From: Eubacteriales bacterium
Lineage (GTDB): Bacteria; Bacillota; Clostridia; Oscillospirales; CAG-272
Assembly: GCA_031549925.1 (NCBI GenBank)
Contig: JAVBPA010000033.1
Coordinates: forward strand, 13,498 to 77,497
Reading direction: 5' to 3'
Length of the DNA: 64,000 nucleotides
Made by a program: the position numbers and the translations under genes. Shown here in pieces: positions 40,313 to 50,468 of this stretch; position 1 is the stretch's first letter, and each line of letters begins with the position of its first letter. Under the pieces are notes generated by a model. The model worked only from the letters and a program-made list of their open reading frames with translations, was not told where the DNA came from and made no database searches.

Positions 40313-40451
40313 TTTTTTGATAAAAAGTCTGTAAGACTTTCAATATTTTTCATTTCAAAATTATAGTGAATATGACACAAATAACGTTTTTTGCGGAGCT
40401 TTTTACGAAAAAAAGCGACCGTACCTCCGTACCCTGTATTTTATCAACAAT

Positions 40452-40485
40452 AAAAGTCTGCCTTTGTTCTCAGGCAGACCTTTTT
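40452..40485. terminator. Bidirectional terminator
   Basis: AAAAGTCTGCCT-ttgttctc-AGGCAGACCTTTTT between convergent genes. Confidence 0.75.
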
Positions 40486-40505
40486 ATTTATAATTTAAAA
40501 TTACA

Positions 40506-42452
40506 TTAACCTTCAAAGAAACAATCAACGTATCTTTCAACGCTTTCATGTATGAAATAATCAGGTTTTGCATCCTCAACATATGACATTGCGTTGGAAA
40601 GTCCGGCACTCTGTCCTGCCATTGTTAATTTGCTGAAATGTTCCGGAAGGAAAGGATACATGAAATATGTAAAAGAATCTCTCATAAATACCGCTGTCGG
40701 TAATTCAGAATTGTTTACGGTAGTTATCATTTCGTTAAAATAGTCATTGAAAACCGGAGAGAAAGCAGGAGTATAATTGCGCGTACATTCGTATGTGGTT
40801 TCAGAACCGTTGCTGTTGCCGATACCAAGGAATGATACCAAATCTCCTCCGTCACGTTTGATTTCTTTTACATTGAATTTGTCAAGTCCGTAAGGAGCAG
40901 CGTCGGGGAAGTCTACGGCTATCGCTTCCATTAATTTCACATAACCGAAATACGCACCGTATGTATTCCAGTGAGTGTCGGTTTGGAAATAAAGCTTACC
41001 GGTTGATTTTTGAGAAATTAAATAATCTTCCAGATCAATTAATATAATATCCGGATTGTCCATTTTTTTGACTAAGCGTACTATTTGTCTCATTTTGGAA
41101 TCATCGGATTTTTTTGAGTTAACCCATTGATCCGTAGCGGTTTCCGGATAAATTGTTAAGTTGTTGGGCGCTATTAAATATATTAATTTCGTATCCTTGC
41201 CGCTTAATTTGCGAACTTTTTCAAGACGTTTTTCCATTACCTTTTGAAGGGCTTTCAATTGATCGTCATTATATAAATTAGTACCTAAAAAGTCTGCAAT
41301 CGTCTGCGGATAGTGAAGCTGTGATAATTTGCCTACATAAACATCAACGGAGCGTTTTTCATATTTTATTTTTACTTCAACAGAATCGCTTTCCTGCTTG
41401 CCTTCAGCTTTCGCTTTTACAGTCAAAGTCATTTCTTTTTCGGAGGAAGTTACTTTAACAGATGTAAAAAATCTATTGTTTTGAGGTAATACTTCAAACT
41501 CTCCGCTTCTCGGACTGTTTACAATAATAGTAGCTCCGCTTTCGCAAGTTCCCGATATACAGACATTCCCATTTGATATCGTGCATTTAGCTGAAATTAT
41601 AGGCTTGTTTGTTTTAGGAAGCTCAATTGCGGTTGTTTCGGGGGCTTTTGTTGTTTCCGCTGCTTTCGTTGCGGATTCTTTTACTGTTACGGTAGATGTA
41701 TCAAAAACCCCGTTCGAACTTTTTGCCGTAATTGTAGCTGTTCCGGCGCTGATAGCTGTAACTTTAAAGCCGTTTATTTTTGCAACACCGGTGTTAGACG
41801 AAGTCAGTATAACCGACAAATCATCCGCGTTTGCCGGACCGACTGAAGGATTATATGTAAAGCTTTCTCCGATTGAAAGCGTTATTTCCTTTTTATCAAG
41901 CGTAACAACAGTTACGGGAATGGCTTTTTTTGCAACTGTAACATTGCAAACCGCCGTTTTTCCGTTTGATGTAGAAGCGGTTATGACAGCGCTTCCTTCT
42001 CCTGCCGCAGTAATTTTTCCGTTTTCATCCACTGCCGCTGCTGATTTATTAGATGATGAAAATGTTACCGCTGTTTTTTCGGCGTTATCGGGAGATAACT
42101 TGTATGTAAGAGAAAATGTATCTCCGATATTCATGTTAAGAGATGTTTTGTCAAGTGATATAGCTGTTACGGCGGCAGCCGCTGTTGTTTCCGTGGTTTT
42201 GGTTGTTTCCGGAGCATTTGTTGTAGTTTCAGGATTTACGGTTGTTTCGGATTCTTCTGTTATTTTTTCAGTATCAGTTTCAGGAGCTGATGAATCGGCA
42301 GCTGATGAATCATCAACCGTAGTATCCGAGGGTATTGCATCGGTTAAGTCAAGCCCTGTTGTTGGGTCGTCCATTTTTTGACATGCAGCAAATATACACG
42401 CTGTAAACATTAAAAATACAAGTGTTAACGCTATCGCCGTATTTTTTTTCAT
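40506..42452 (-). CDS. Lipoprotein with Ig-like (Big_2) repeats and AlgX/AlgJ/DHHW-type SGNH O-acetyltransferase domain
   Basis: Lipobox FAAC; two Big_2 repeats (ISLDK.SL.M.IGD.F.L...SS...A.VD..G.ITA...G.A.ITA); LYFQTDTHWNTYGAYFGY, GDL, MRDSF, ESVERY. Confidence 0.8.
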   Translation of the reverse strand: MKKNTAIALTLVFLMFTACIFAACQKMDDPTTGLDLTDAIPSDTTVDDSSAADSSAPETDTEKITEESETTVNPETTTNAPETTKTTETTAAAAVTAISLDKTSLNMNIGDTFSLTYKLSPDNAEKTAVTFSSSNKSAAAVDENGKITAAGEGSAVITASTSNGKTAVCNVTVAKKAIPVTVVTLDKKEITLSIGESFTYNPSVGPANADDLSVILTSSNTGVAKINGFKVTAISAGTATITAKSSNGVFDTSTVTVKESATKAAETTKAPETTAIELPKTNKPIISAKCTISNGNVCISGTCESGATIIVNSPRSGEFEVLPQNNRFFTSVKVTSSEKEMTLTVKAKAEGKQESDSVEVKIKYEKRSVDVYVGKLSQLHYPQTIADFLGTNLYNDDQLKALQKVMEKRLEKVRKLSGKDTKLIYLIAPNNLTIYPETATDQWVNSKKSDDSKMRQIVRLVKKMDNPDIILIDLEDYLISQKSTGKLYFQTDTHWNTYGAYFGYVKLMEAIAVDFPDAAPYGLDKFNVKEIKRDGGDLVSFLGIGNSNGSETTYECTRNYTPAFSPVFNDYFNEMITTVNNSELPTAVFMRDSFTYFMYPFLPEHFSKLTMAGQSAGLSNAMSYVEDAKPDYFIHESVERYVDCFFEG

Positions 42453-42473
42453 AGATATTATAACTCCGTTTTT

Positions 42474-43373
42474 TTATTTGGAAATTGTAAATAAGTTAAT
42501 ATTGCTGTATCCGGTTATGGCAGTTTCAAAAAAGTCAGTTGCTACAGAATAAACAGAGTGACCGTTTTCATATATTTCCACCCGCATAATAATGGAGGTT
42601 TCAAGAGATATAAAGTATTCTTCTCTTTGAGTAAGATCACTGTAACCGAATGAAACCGAATAAAAACTGTTATCGGAAGTTCTGAGCAGTGCGATATCAG
42701 GTTCGGTAATATCGGAGCTTTCAAGAAGCGTTTTAATTGATGAGAGAGAAGGAATACCCGCTTCGCTTTCTAGCGTAAAATTTTCGTTTACATTGTATAT
42801 CCTCGTTCTTTTATTATTTTCTGTACCGTAGCTTGTTATACTGATTTCACTGCCGTCACATATAATTAATTTTGACAATGAGCCTGTTTCGTCATATTGT
42901 TCTATCCGGTAGTTATTATCCTGCCGCCAGATTTTGTTTTTGTAAAAGAGAGTTTTTTCTTCCGATTTATAAGTCACGGTATTGTAAAGAGTATATTCAT
43001 TTGCATGGGAACTGTTTTTAAAAAATTCTATGATATCTTCAGGGGTAATGAATCTGCTTAGATAAACCTTATCAGTTGATTTATTGTTTTTTAATGCTTC
43101 GTATATTTCTCCGTCGTCACCTGGTATAATTTCTGTAATTTCATTGTCAAGATGTAACAGCTTTGTTATGAAACGAGGAATTTCAATCAATCCATTGTTA
43201 TATAAAATAACTTCAAAAACCGCAAATATTAACACGGCAACCACGATAATCGATATTATTGATAATACCGTCATGCGTTTGTCGTGTTCTAATTTTTTAT
43301 CTAAAATAACCAGGGGATTATTTTCATCTGAATTTTTGCTGCTTTTATTGTCTGATTGATTGTCATTGTTCAT
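42474..43373 (-). CDS. Hypothetical protein with single TM anchor and extracellular domain
   Basis: Operonic position; one hydrophobic helix near the N-terminus. Confidence 0.7.
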   Translation of the reverse strand: MNNDNQSDNKSSKNSDENNPLVILDKKLEHDKRMTVLSIISIIVVAVLIFAVFEVILYNNGLIEIPRFITKLLHLDNEITEIIPGDDGEIYEALKNNKSTDKVYLSRFITPEDIIEFFKNSSHANEYTLYNTVTYKSEEKTLFYKNKIWRQDNNYRIEQYDETGSLSKLIICDGSEISITSYGTENNKRTRIYNVNENFTLESEAGIPSLSSIKTLLESSDITEPDIALLRTSDNSFYSVSFGYSDLTQREEYFISLETSIIMRVEIYENGHSVYSVATDFFETAITGYSNINLFTISK

Positions 43374-43382
43374 TTAGTATTT

Positions 43383-44552
43383 TTATTTTTTATTTATATT
43401 TTCCGTTATATTTTCGTTCTGCAGTTCTTTTATTTCTTCTAAGACGCTTTCACTATTTGGTATTTGAAGCGTTTCGTTTTTAATATTTAAATTGGATTGA
43501 GTAAAATTTATCCCCGCAAGCTCACGTGTTTTCGGGTTTTTAATCATGAAATAATTTATAATAAAAACGGAAAATCCTGCTATTATAATTATTCCTGCGC
43601 GAATCATATCTTCGCTTGTAAACATGACCGCTGATGTACCGAGAATCCCGCAAACCGAATACAGTATACCTACAGATTGTTTCTGGTTAAAACCAAAATC
43701 TATAAGTTTATGATGAATATGCCCTCTGTCGGGAGCAAACGGATTCTTTCCGTGTAAAATACGTCTTAAAAACGAAAAAACAGTTTCAAAAAGCGGAAAT
43801 CCGAATATTGATAAGGGAATCATAAACGAAAGTATTGTATGTGTTTTAAAAAGCCCTTGAAGTGATAGTATCGAAAGCGTATAACCTAAAAACAAAGCAC
43901 CGGTGTCACCTATGAATATTTTTGCCGGATTTGTATTGAACGGCAAAAATCCAAGGCATGAGGCTGCTAAAATTCCTGTAAGCAAAGTTATTTCAGGATT
44001 TTCACCCAGCATTATAGTGCATAGAAGAAGCGAAAATGAACATATAGCCGAAATACCGCATGATAAACCATCAAGACCGTCAATTAAATTTATAGCGTTT
44101 GTAAGTCCGACGATCCAAATGATTGTAACCGGTATTTCAAAAATCCCAAGGGTTATATAATTGCCGAATAAATTTATAAATGAAATTGTCAAACCCTGAG
44201 AAACAGCTACAAAAGCTACTCCTATCTGAACCACAAATTTTATCAGTGCGCGGAGTCTGAAAATATCATCGAGTATACCGAGTACTACGATAATAAGACC
44301 GCCGAACCATAAAGCAAGCAGGGAAGGGGTTACATCGCAAAAAACCATTGTGGATACTGAAAAACCTATAAAAACAGCAATTCCGCCCAGTCTCGGGATA
44401 GGTTTGTTATGCATTCTTCTTTCATCTTTAGGAACGTCAATCGCCCCTAATTTATACGCAAGGACACGCGCAGCCGGAGTCATTGTAAACGATATTAATC
44501 CGGCGCAAAGCATGGCTACCAATAGGTATATATAATTAATTTCCATAAGCAC
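43383..44552 (-). CDS. Undecaprenyl-phosphate GlcNAc-1-phosphate transferase (WecA/TagO, MraY family)
   Basis: PIPRLGG, GILDD, NAINLIDGLDGL, IFIGDTG, DRGHIHH. Confidence 0.9.
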   Translation of the reverse strand: MLMEINYIYLLVAMLCAGLISFTMTPAARVLAYKLGAIDVPKDERRMHNKPIPRLGGIAVFIGFSVSTMVFCDVTPSLLALWFGGLIIVVLGILDDIFRLRALIKFVVQIGVAFVAVSQGLTISFINLFGNYITLGIFEIPVTIIWIVGLTNAINLIDGLDGLSCGISAICSFSLLLCTIMLGENPEITLLTGILAASCLGFLPFNTNPAKIFIGDTGALFLGYTLSILSLQGLFKTHTILSFMIPLSIFGFPLFETVFSFLRRILHGKNPFAPDRGHIHHKLIDFGFNQKQSVGILYSVCGILGTSAVMFTSEDMIRAGIIIIAGFSVFIINYFMIKNPKTRELAGINFTQSNLNIKNETLQIPNSESVLEEIKELQNENITENINKK

Positions 44553-44560
44553 CCTATTTT

Positions 44561-45583
44561 TTACTTTATTTGTATAAATCCTACTTTTTTATAAACCTTC
44601 GCGAGAGTTTTATTAGCCTGTGTTTTAGCGTTTTCAGAACCTTTTTTCATAATCGTTTCAAGATATGCTTTGTCGCTTATTATACGGCTGTAATTCGCTT
44701 GTATTTCAGCAAGAGAATCCGCTACGGTTTCTCCGACAGCCGTTTTAAAATCGCCGTAACCTAAACCATTAAATTCCGATTGTATTTCATCATCCGTTTT
44801 GCCCGTGATGCATGAATATATGTTCATTAAATTGCAAATACCGGGTTTATCTTCGCTGCGGTAAATGCCTGAACCCGAATCTGTTACCGCACGGCGGAAT
44901 TTTCTTATTATATCATCTCTGCTGTCGAGGATTGCTATATAAGAATTTATGTTTTCATCTGATTTTGACATTTTTGAGGTTGGGTCGGCAAGTGACATAA
45001 TTTTCATTCCGGTCGGAGGAATGTATCCCTCAGGAATAACAAATGTATCGCTGTATACTGTATTGAATCTTTCCGCTATATCCCGGGCTATTTCAATATG
45101 CTGACGCTGATCCTGACCTACCGGAACGACGTGTGCCTGATATAATAAAATATCGGCAGCCATGAGAGATGGATAAGTGAAAAGTCCGGCATTAATATTA
45201 TCGGCATTTTTTTGGCTCTTATCCTTAAATTGCGTCATTCTCGAAAGTTCACCGAACATAGTATAGCAATTTAATACCCAAGCGAGTTCCGCGTGCGCGC
45301 TTACATGGCTTTGTACAAACAAAATACACTTTTCCGGATCAATTCCGCAGGCAATATATAAAGCAAGAGCTTCATATGTATGACGGCGAAGCTCCGCCGG
45401 AACTTGCCTTACCGTTATTGCGTGCATATCCACTACGCAATAAATGCAGTTGTATACATCCTGTAGACAAACCCAGTTTTTTATTGCCCCGAGATAATTA
45501 CCCAGTGTCAGTATTCCGCTGGGCTGGATACCTGAAAAAACAGTTTTCTTTTGATTTGATGTTTCAATATTATTGACTTCCAT
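44561..45583 (-). CDS. trpS: Tryptophan--tRNA ligase
   Basis: FSGIQPSG.LTLGNY, YPSLMAADIL, VPVGQDQ, KMSKS. Confidence 0.96.
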   Translation of the reverse strand: MEVNNIETSNQKKTVFSGIQPSGILTLGNYLGAIKNWVCLQDVYNCIYCVVDMHAITVRQVPAELRRHTYEALALYIACGIDPEKCILFVQSHVSAHAELAWVLNCYTMFGELSRMTQFKDKSQKNADNINAGLFTYPSLMAADILLYQAHVVPVGQDQRQHIEIARDIAERFNTVYSDTFVIPEGYIPPTGMKIMSLADPTSKMSKSDENINSYIAILDSRDDIIRKFRRAVTDSGSGIYRSEDKPGICNLMNIYSCITGKTDDEIQSEFNGLGYGDFKTAVGETVADSLAEIQANYSRIISDKAYLETIMKKGSENAKTQANKTLAKVYKKVGFIQIK

Positions 45584-45620
45584 TTATTTAAATAGTTCCC
45601 TTACATCTAAATTTTAATAT

Positions 45621-46946
45621 TTATTTTTCTTTATCGTTATAAAAATACCATCTTCCGTCAGAGCTGCGGATCCGTTTTCCTCCTCCGAGAAGTTCGCGGT
45701 AATTTATCGCAACATGACGGAAAGCTGATGCATACATTTCAATGTATTCCGGTATAAATTTTTTAAACCAGGGTATCGAAAATATATCAAGATTCTCCGT
45801 TTTAGGTAAAACATCGAGAACCCTTACATCTCTATCCGCAAATGCCACTCTTTCAGGTGAACCTAAATTTAAAAGATCAAAATTTTTGAAGATGTTATGA
45901 GTATGGAGAGGGAAGTTTCCTCCGGGCCAGGTTTGGAATCCTTCCGCTCTGACAGCTTCGCAGAACCGCGCGAGCGGCAGTCCTTCAAGTTCGTCCGAAA
46001 TGTATCGTCCGTGCGCGCAATACCATCCTGCCATCGTAGATCCTTCGGCTTCGTTTGTTCGGTGAGAACGCAAACCCGGAACACCTTCAAGCAAGTCCCA
46101 AAAATAATTCATCGCATGTCTAATCTCCGCGCAGCGTTCGTCATAATATTTTAATTGGACGCGTCCCATAGCCGAACACGTTTGGTTTACTCTGCCCTTC
46201 ATTCCTCCGAGAGGAAGATTGAAATAAGGTCTTAAATATTCCGTTGTAATATATTTTTCGTTGTTGCGTTCGTAATGTGAATACGCAAGCGAACGGTCGT
46301 AAATTTCTTTGTCGTTCGTTACGAGAATCCCCATTTCTCCCGTGGCAAATGATTTCCCGCTCATTAGAGACATTGCTCCCGCATTTCCTATTGTACCGAG
46401 TTTGCGCCCTTTATAATATCCTCCCTGCGCGTGGGAGACATCCTCTATTACTTTTAAATTATACTTTTTCGCAATTTCCATAATGGAATCCATATCGCAG
46501 GGATGTGCGAGGTAATGAACAGCCATAATAGCTTTTGTCCGAGGTCCGATACAACGTTCTATGTCACGCGGATCAATACAAAAGCTTTCATGTTCCACAT
46601 CCGCGAAAACTACGGTAGCGCATAAATTAAAAGCTTGTATACAACTTGCCCAATAGGTTTTTGAAGGACATATAATTTCATCGCCTTTTCCGAGACCGCA
46701 GCCAAACATAGCCGCTTGCAGCGAAAGCGTGCCGTTGCAATAACCTATGGCATAATCAGTTCCTATCCAATCCGCAAATTCCCTCTCGAATTTTTCTGTT
46801 ACATCAATTCCAGACATAGCTCCCCGGCGAAGTACTTCAAGGACGGCTTCTTCATCTTCCGCAGTTATAATAGGCCATCGGAAAAGCTCTTCCGGAACCG
46901 GTTTGTTTATTATCGGTTTAGAACCGTTTATCGCAAGCTGAGGCAT
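45621..46946 (-). CDS. DegT/DnrJ/EryC1/StrS PLP aminotransferase
   Basis: FEREFA, NGTLSL, VIEDVSHAQG, SLMSGKS..TGEMG. Confidence 0.88.
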   Translation of the reverse strand: MPQLAINGSKPIINKPVPEELFRWPIITAEDEEAVLEVLRRGAMSGIDVTEKFEREFADWIGTDYAIGYCNGTLSLQAAMFGCGLGKGDEIICPSKTYWASCIQAFNLCATVVFADVEHESFCIDPRDIERCIGPRTKAIMAVHYLAHPCDMDSIMEIAKKYNLKVIEDVSHAQGGYYKGRKLGTIGNAGAMSLMSGKSFATGEMGILVTNDKEIYDRSLAYSHYERNNEKYITTEYLRPYFNLPLGGMKGRVNQTCSAMGRVQLKYYDERCAEIRHAMNYFWDLLEGVPGLRSHRTNEAEGSTMAGWYCAHGRYISDELEGLPLARFCEAVRAEGFQTWPGGNFPLHTHNIFKNFDLLNLGSPERVAFADRDVRVLDVLPKTENLDIFSIPWFKKFIPEYIEMYASAFRHVAINYRELLGGGKRIRSSDGRWYFYNDKEK

Positions 46947-47096
46947 AAAAATATCCTCCCCACAATAGTTAAATTTTTAAATAAACTTAAAAAATCTAAT
47001 TTAAAAATTATTATCTAAACAAATGCATAAATTAACTGTAAAATCTATACATTTTTCAATTGATATACAGCTTTAAATAGAAAAGCTTTATTTTAA

Positions 47097-48581
47097 TTAA
47101 TCATTGTGTATTTCTTGTATTTGTTCGATAAACTTTTGAATATCGGAATCGATTGATTTCAATTTAGAAGCATAAAGTGAAGAAGCACCCTTTTTGCTTT
47201 CGTTTATAATTTCATAGTCTCCGGTGAATTGTCCGAAATTATAAACTATTCCTATATCGAATATACGATTTTCAAAAATTATATCAAGCATTGTTTCAGA
47301 TTCGTTGTCGCGGATAGATTTGCCTTTAAGAGCCTTATCTATATAAACAGGCTGAACCATTTTCTGTGAAAGATACGCCCATTCTTCTATTATTATCGAT
47401 GTTCTTTCAAGATCAGAAGCGGTTATCGGAATAGCCATGAGACCTGCGGTATGAATACTGACTAACGAATAATATCTGTTTTGTTCTTCCGAATATTTCG
47501 GTATAGGCAAAATTCCGAATTCGGTATCGGATGCTCTCATAGTGGTTATATCGTCGAGTCGGGTCCAGAAGAATAAGCCGTGTCCGTTTTCAAAAAGTTT
47601 TCTGTATTCGTTATCATCTGTCGCTTTTGCCGCTCCCGTCCCGCTGTGATGGTTGTAGAATGTATCTTTATTGTTCATCATAGCAACGATTTTATCTGTA
47701 ACGTTATAACTGTACTCGTTGTCGAAATTATAAACAGGCATATCGTCCGTGTCTTTTACAGCAAATCTTGCACCGGCACCGTTATAAAAAGATGTCGGAA
47801 CATCACGTCCGCCGATAAATCCCCAAACATCGTTAAGAGTCATTTTCCCGTCGCCGTCGATATCGGAAGCCGCCGTGGTGTAGAGTGAATTCATTTTATC
47901 AAAAGTCCATTTGTTGTCTTTAACTATGTAATACATATCCGGCAATGTATTGTTTTCTGCCAATTCCTTGTTGAAAGTTATAACCGCCGTTGCGTCTTTA
48001 TCGATTAGATTAATAGCGGAAGCGCATAAGTAGAGTTTTCCTCCTATAGATAAATCTTCAACAGCTCTTTGATCCCACCAGGGCATCGATAAATCAGCGT
48101 GGGGAAGTTCATTGAAATCGATATAATACCCTGCGGTTATCAAAGAAGGAGATTCAACGGTACGCGCATATACAAGATCATAAGCATCATCATCGGATGT
48201 TATAAACTTTTTAACTATACTGGGAACATCGCTGAATGTCTTATTTTCAAGGGATATTGTAACGTTATATTTTTCAGCTAATGCTAAATTTCTTTCGTAA
48301 ACGGAATCTTTTAAAACATCGCCTGTAGCGGATTCGGCATAAATATCTTTATCCAGTCTTGATTCCCAACCTACCACAAACCAATGAAGTACACGGAAAT
48401 CATAACCTTCATAATTAACATCATGGTTTGGAGGTTTTAATTCTGTTTCGGTATCTGCCGAAATAAATCCCGCGGTGTTTGTGGCTTCTCCCACTTCATG
48501 AGGAGTTTTAGCGCATGAAACCGCAGATACCAGTAAAATTAATAATACCAAAAAAGCAGATATAATTTTTTTGCCTCTCAT
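47097..48581 (-). CDS. Orphan extracellular solute-binding lipoprotein, paralogue 2
   Basis: Lipobox AVSC; LSMPWWD, DIDGDGK, FGILPIPKY, RDNESETMLD; start placed at ATG 48581 behind GGGGGGA. Confidence 0.82.
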   Translation of the reverse strand: MRGKKIISAFLVLLILLVSAVSCAKTPHEVGEATNTAGFISADTETELKPPNHDVNYEGYDFRVLHWFVVGWESRLDKDIYAESATGDVLKDSVYERNLALAEKYNVTISLENKTFSDVPSIVKKFITSDDDAYDLVYARTVESPSLITAGYYIDFNELPHADLSMPWWDQRAVEDLSIGGKLYLCASAINLIDKDATAVITFNKELAENNTLPDMYYIVKDNKWTFDKMNSLYTTAASDIDGDGKMTLNDVWGFIGGRDVPTSFYNGAGARFAVKDTDDMPVYNFDNEYSYNVTDKIVAMMNNKDTFYNHHSGTGAAKATDDNEYRKLFENGHGLFFWTRLDDITTMRASDTEFGILPIPKYSEEQNRYYSLVSIHTAGLMAIPITASDLERTSIIIEEWAYLSQKMVQPVYIDKALKGKSIRDNESETMLDIIFENRIFDIGIVYNFGQFTGDYEIINESKKGASSLYASKLKSIDSDIQKFIEQIQEIHND

Positions 48582-48895
48582 AAAAATTCCCCCCATAAAA
48601 CACTTTCATATAATTTTAATAAAAAATTATTTTTTACGCACATTTTATAAATATATGCATATAAATAAGCATATATAAAACTATATTATAACATTATTGC
48701 TTTTTATGTCAACATTATTTGCGTGAAAATTTTTCTGATGAATAATAAAGATTGGGTTTTATGATAATCTGTTTGATAAAATCATTATAAAATATACTTT
48801 TATTAAATTTATTGATTTCCTGAAGATTGTATTATAATAAATTTCAATATTAAACGCTTAAAAAATTAAAGTACCATTAATATAATTAATATTTT

Positions 48896-49639
48896 CTAGT
48901 AATTATCAATATGACTGCGCTGTATAGCTCCGAAAATTCTGTGTTTTAAACCCCGGTATACAGAGTCAGACTCTAAATTGCGGAGCAGTTTTTTTATTTT
49001 TTCCCTTTCGGTATGACCATCCTCTGGACATACGCTTTTTATTTGAGGTATATTTTGATTTTTCGAAACGAAATGTTTAATTTCTTTTTCCGGAGTATAA
49101 ACAAGCGGACGTATCATCGTAATATCTTTGCGGCTCAGGTATGTCATCGGAGCAAATGTTCCGATTCTTCCTTCGTGAAATAAATTCAGCATAAAAGTTT
49201 CGACAACATCGTCAAAATGATGACCCAAAGCCAATTTATTGCAGCCAAGAGCCACAACTGCGTCGTGTAAAGCGCCTCGTCTCATACGGGAACATAAAGA
49301 ACACGGGTTTGATTCTTTTCTTATGTTAAATATTATTTCGGCAAGCTGAGTTTTTATGATTTTATAAGGAATCGATATTTCATCGCAATATTGTTTCATC
49401 GGTTCAAAATCCATTTCGCCTATTCCGGCTGATCCGAAACCCATGTCTATAGTAACGGCGAATAAATCGAATTTTTTGGGGTAAAACATTCGCATAGCTT
49501 CGAGAACACAAAGTAAAGTTCCTGAATCCTTGCCTCCCGAAATTCCGACCGCAATACGGTCTCCTTCTTCTATCATTTGATAATCGTCAATTGCTCTGCG
49601 TGAATAACTGAGAAGACGTCGTATATCGTTATATTTCAT
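48896..49639 (-). CDS. ttcA: tRNA 2-thiocytidine biosynthesis protein
   Basis: PP-loop SGGKDS, PCSLCSRMRRG, LGHHFDD, IRPL. Confidence 0.88.
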   Translation of the reverse strand: MKYNDIRRLLSYSRRAIDDYQMIEEGDRIAVGISGGKDSGTLLCVLEAMRMFYPKKFDLFAVTIDMGFGSAGIGEMDFEPMKQYCDEISIPYKIIKTQLAEIIFNIRKESNPCSLCSRMRRGALHDAVVALGCNKLALGHHFDDVVETFMLNLFHEGRIGTFAPMTYLSRKDITMIRPLVYTPEKEIKHFVSKNQNIPQIKSVCPEDGHTEREKIKKLLRNLESDSVYRGLKHRIFGAIQRSHIDNY

Positions 49640-49896
49640 TTATAATATCCGTCCCGGCGGTAATAAAATAAAAATAGAAGCATATATTTTACAGTAGAAC
49701 AACTTTAAAATTTACCAAAAAAAGCTTTATTGTATACATTTCGGCAAATAAAAAACGGGAATATTATTACGGCTTTTATTTGCGTTTATGAAGCGGAGCT
49801 TATTTATTTTTATCAAACGGATTATTTTAAAGTTGGATTGCTGTTTTTTATATAAAGTAATTAATATTATTAATAATAAGTTTAGGTGGTAGAATA

Positions 49897-50454
49897 ATGC
49901 CGGTAAAAATATATCTTGATGCGGGACATAATCCCGTAAATCCTAACGCGGGAGCCGAAGCAAGAGGCATACGCGAGCAGGATGTTACATTCGATATTAC
50001 TTTAAGAACCGCGGTATTGCTTGATACAAACCCGAATTATGAAGTGCGTCTTTCACGTCCGACCCCTGATATTATTTTGGGAACGAACAATGTGACGAGT
50101 TTAGCGGCGCGGACAAATGACGCAAATTCCTGGGGCGCCGATTATTTTATTAGTATACATACAAATACATCGTCATTCGAAACGGCTACGGGAAGCGAAT
50201 GTTTTGTTTATTCGGTAAACAGTCCGGCTTACGGACTGGCGGAATCAATACTGACAGCACTTAACGAATCCACGGGACTTCCCACAAGGGGAGTTTTTAC
50301 AAGACCATCTTTGTATGTATTAAGAAAAACCAATATGCCGGCAGTACTTGTTGAACTTGGATTTATAACTAATCCATACGATTCTGCGCTTTTAACGACA
50401 CAACCCGAACTCTTTTCACGCGGGCTTTATGACGGAATCATAGCTTATACATAA
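49897..50454 (+). CDS. N-acetylmuramoyl-L-alanine amidase (Amidase_3), catalytic domain only
   Basis: IYLDAGH, E.D, FISIHTN, LYVLR, AVLVELGFITN; no signal peptide or binding domain. Confidence 0.9.
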   Translation: MPVKIYLDAGHNPVNPNAGAEARGIREQDVTFDITLRTAVLLDTNPNYEVRLSRPTPDIILGTNNVTSLAARTNDANSWGADYFISIHTNTSSFETATGSECFVYSVNSPAYGLAESILTALNESTGLPTRGVFTRPSLYVLRKTNMPAVLVELGFITNPYDSALLTTQPELFSRGLYDGIIAYT

Positions 50455-50468
50455 ATCAATCGTATAAT

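Noticed and set aside
41581-42381. 266-aa plus-strand ORF
   Set aside because: Antisense shadow of the Thr/Ala-rich Ig-domain lipoprotein
45584-45620. T-box leader for trpS
   Set aside because: Only 37 bp of intergenic sequence and no T-box motif
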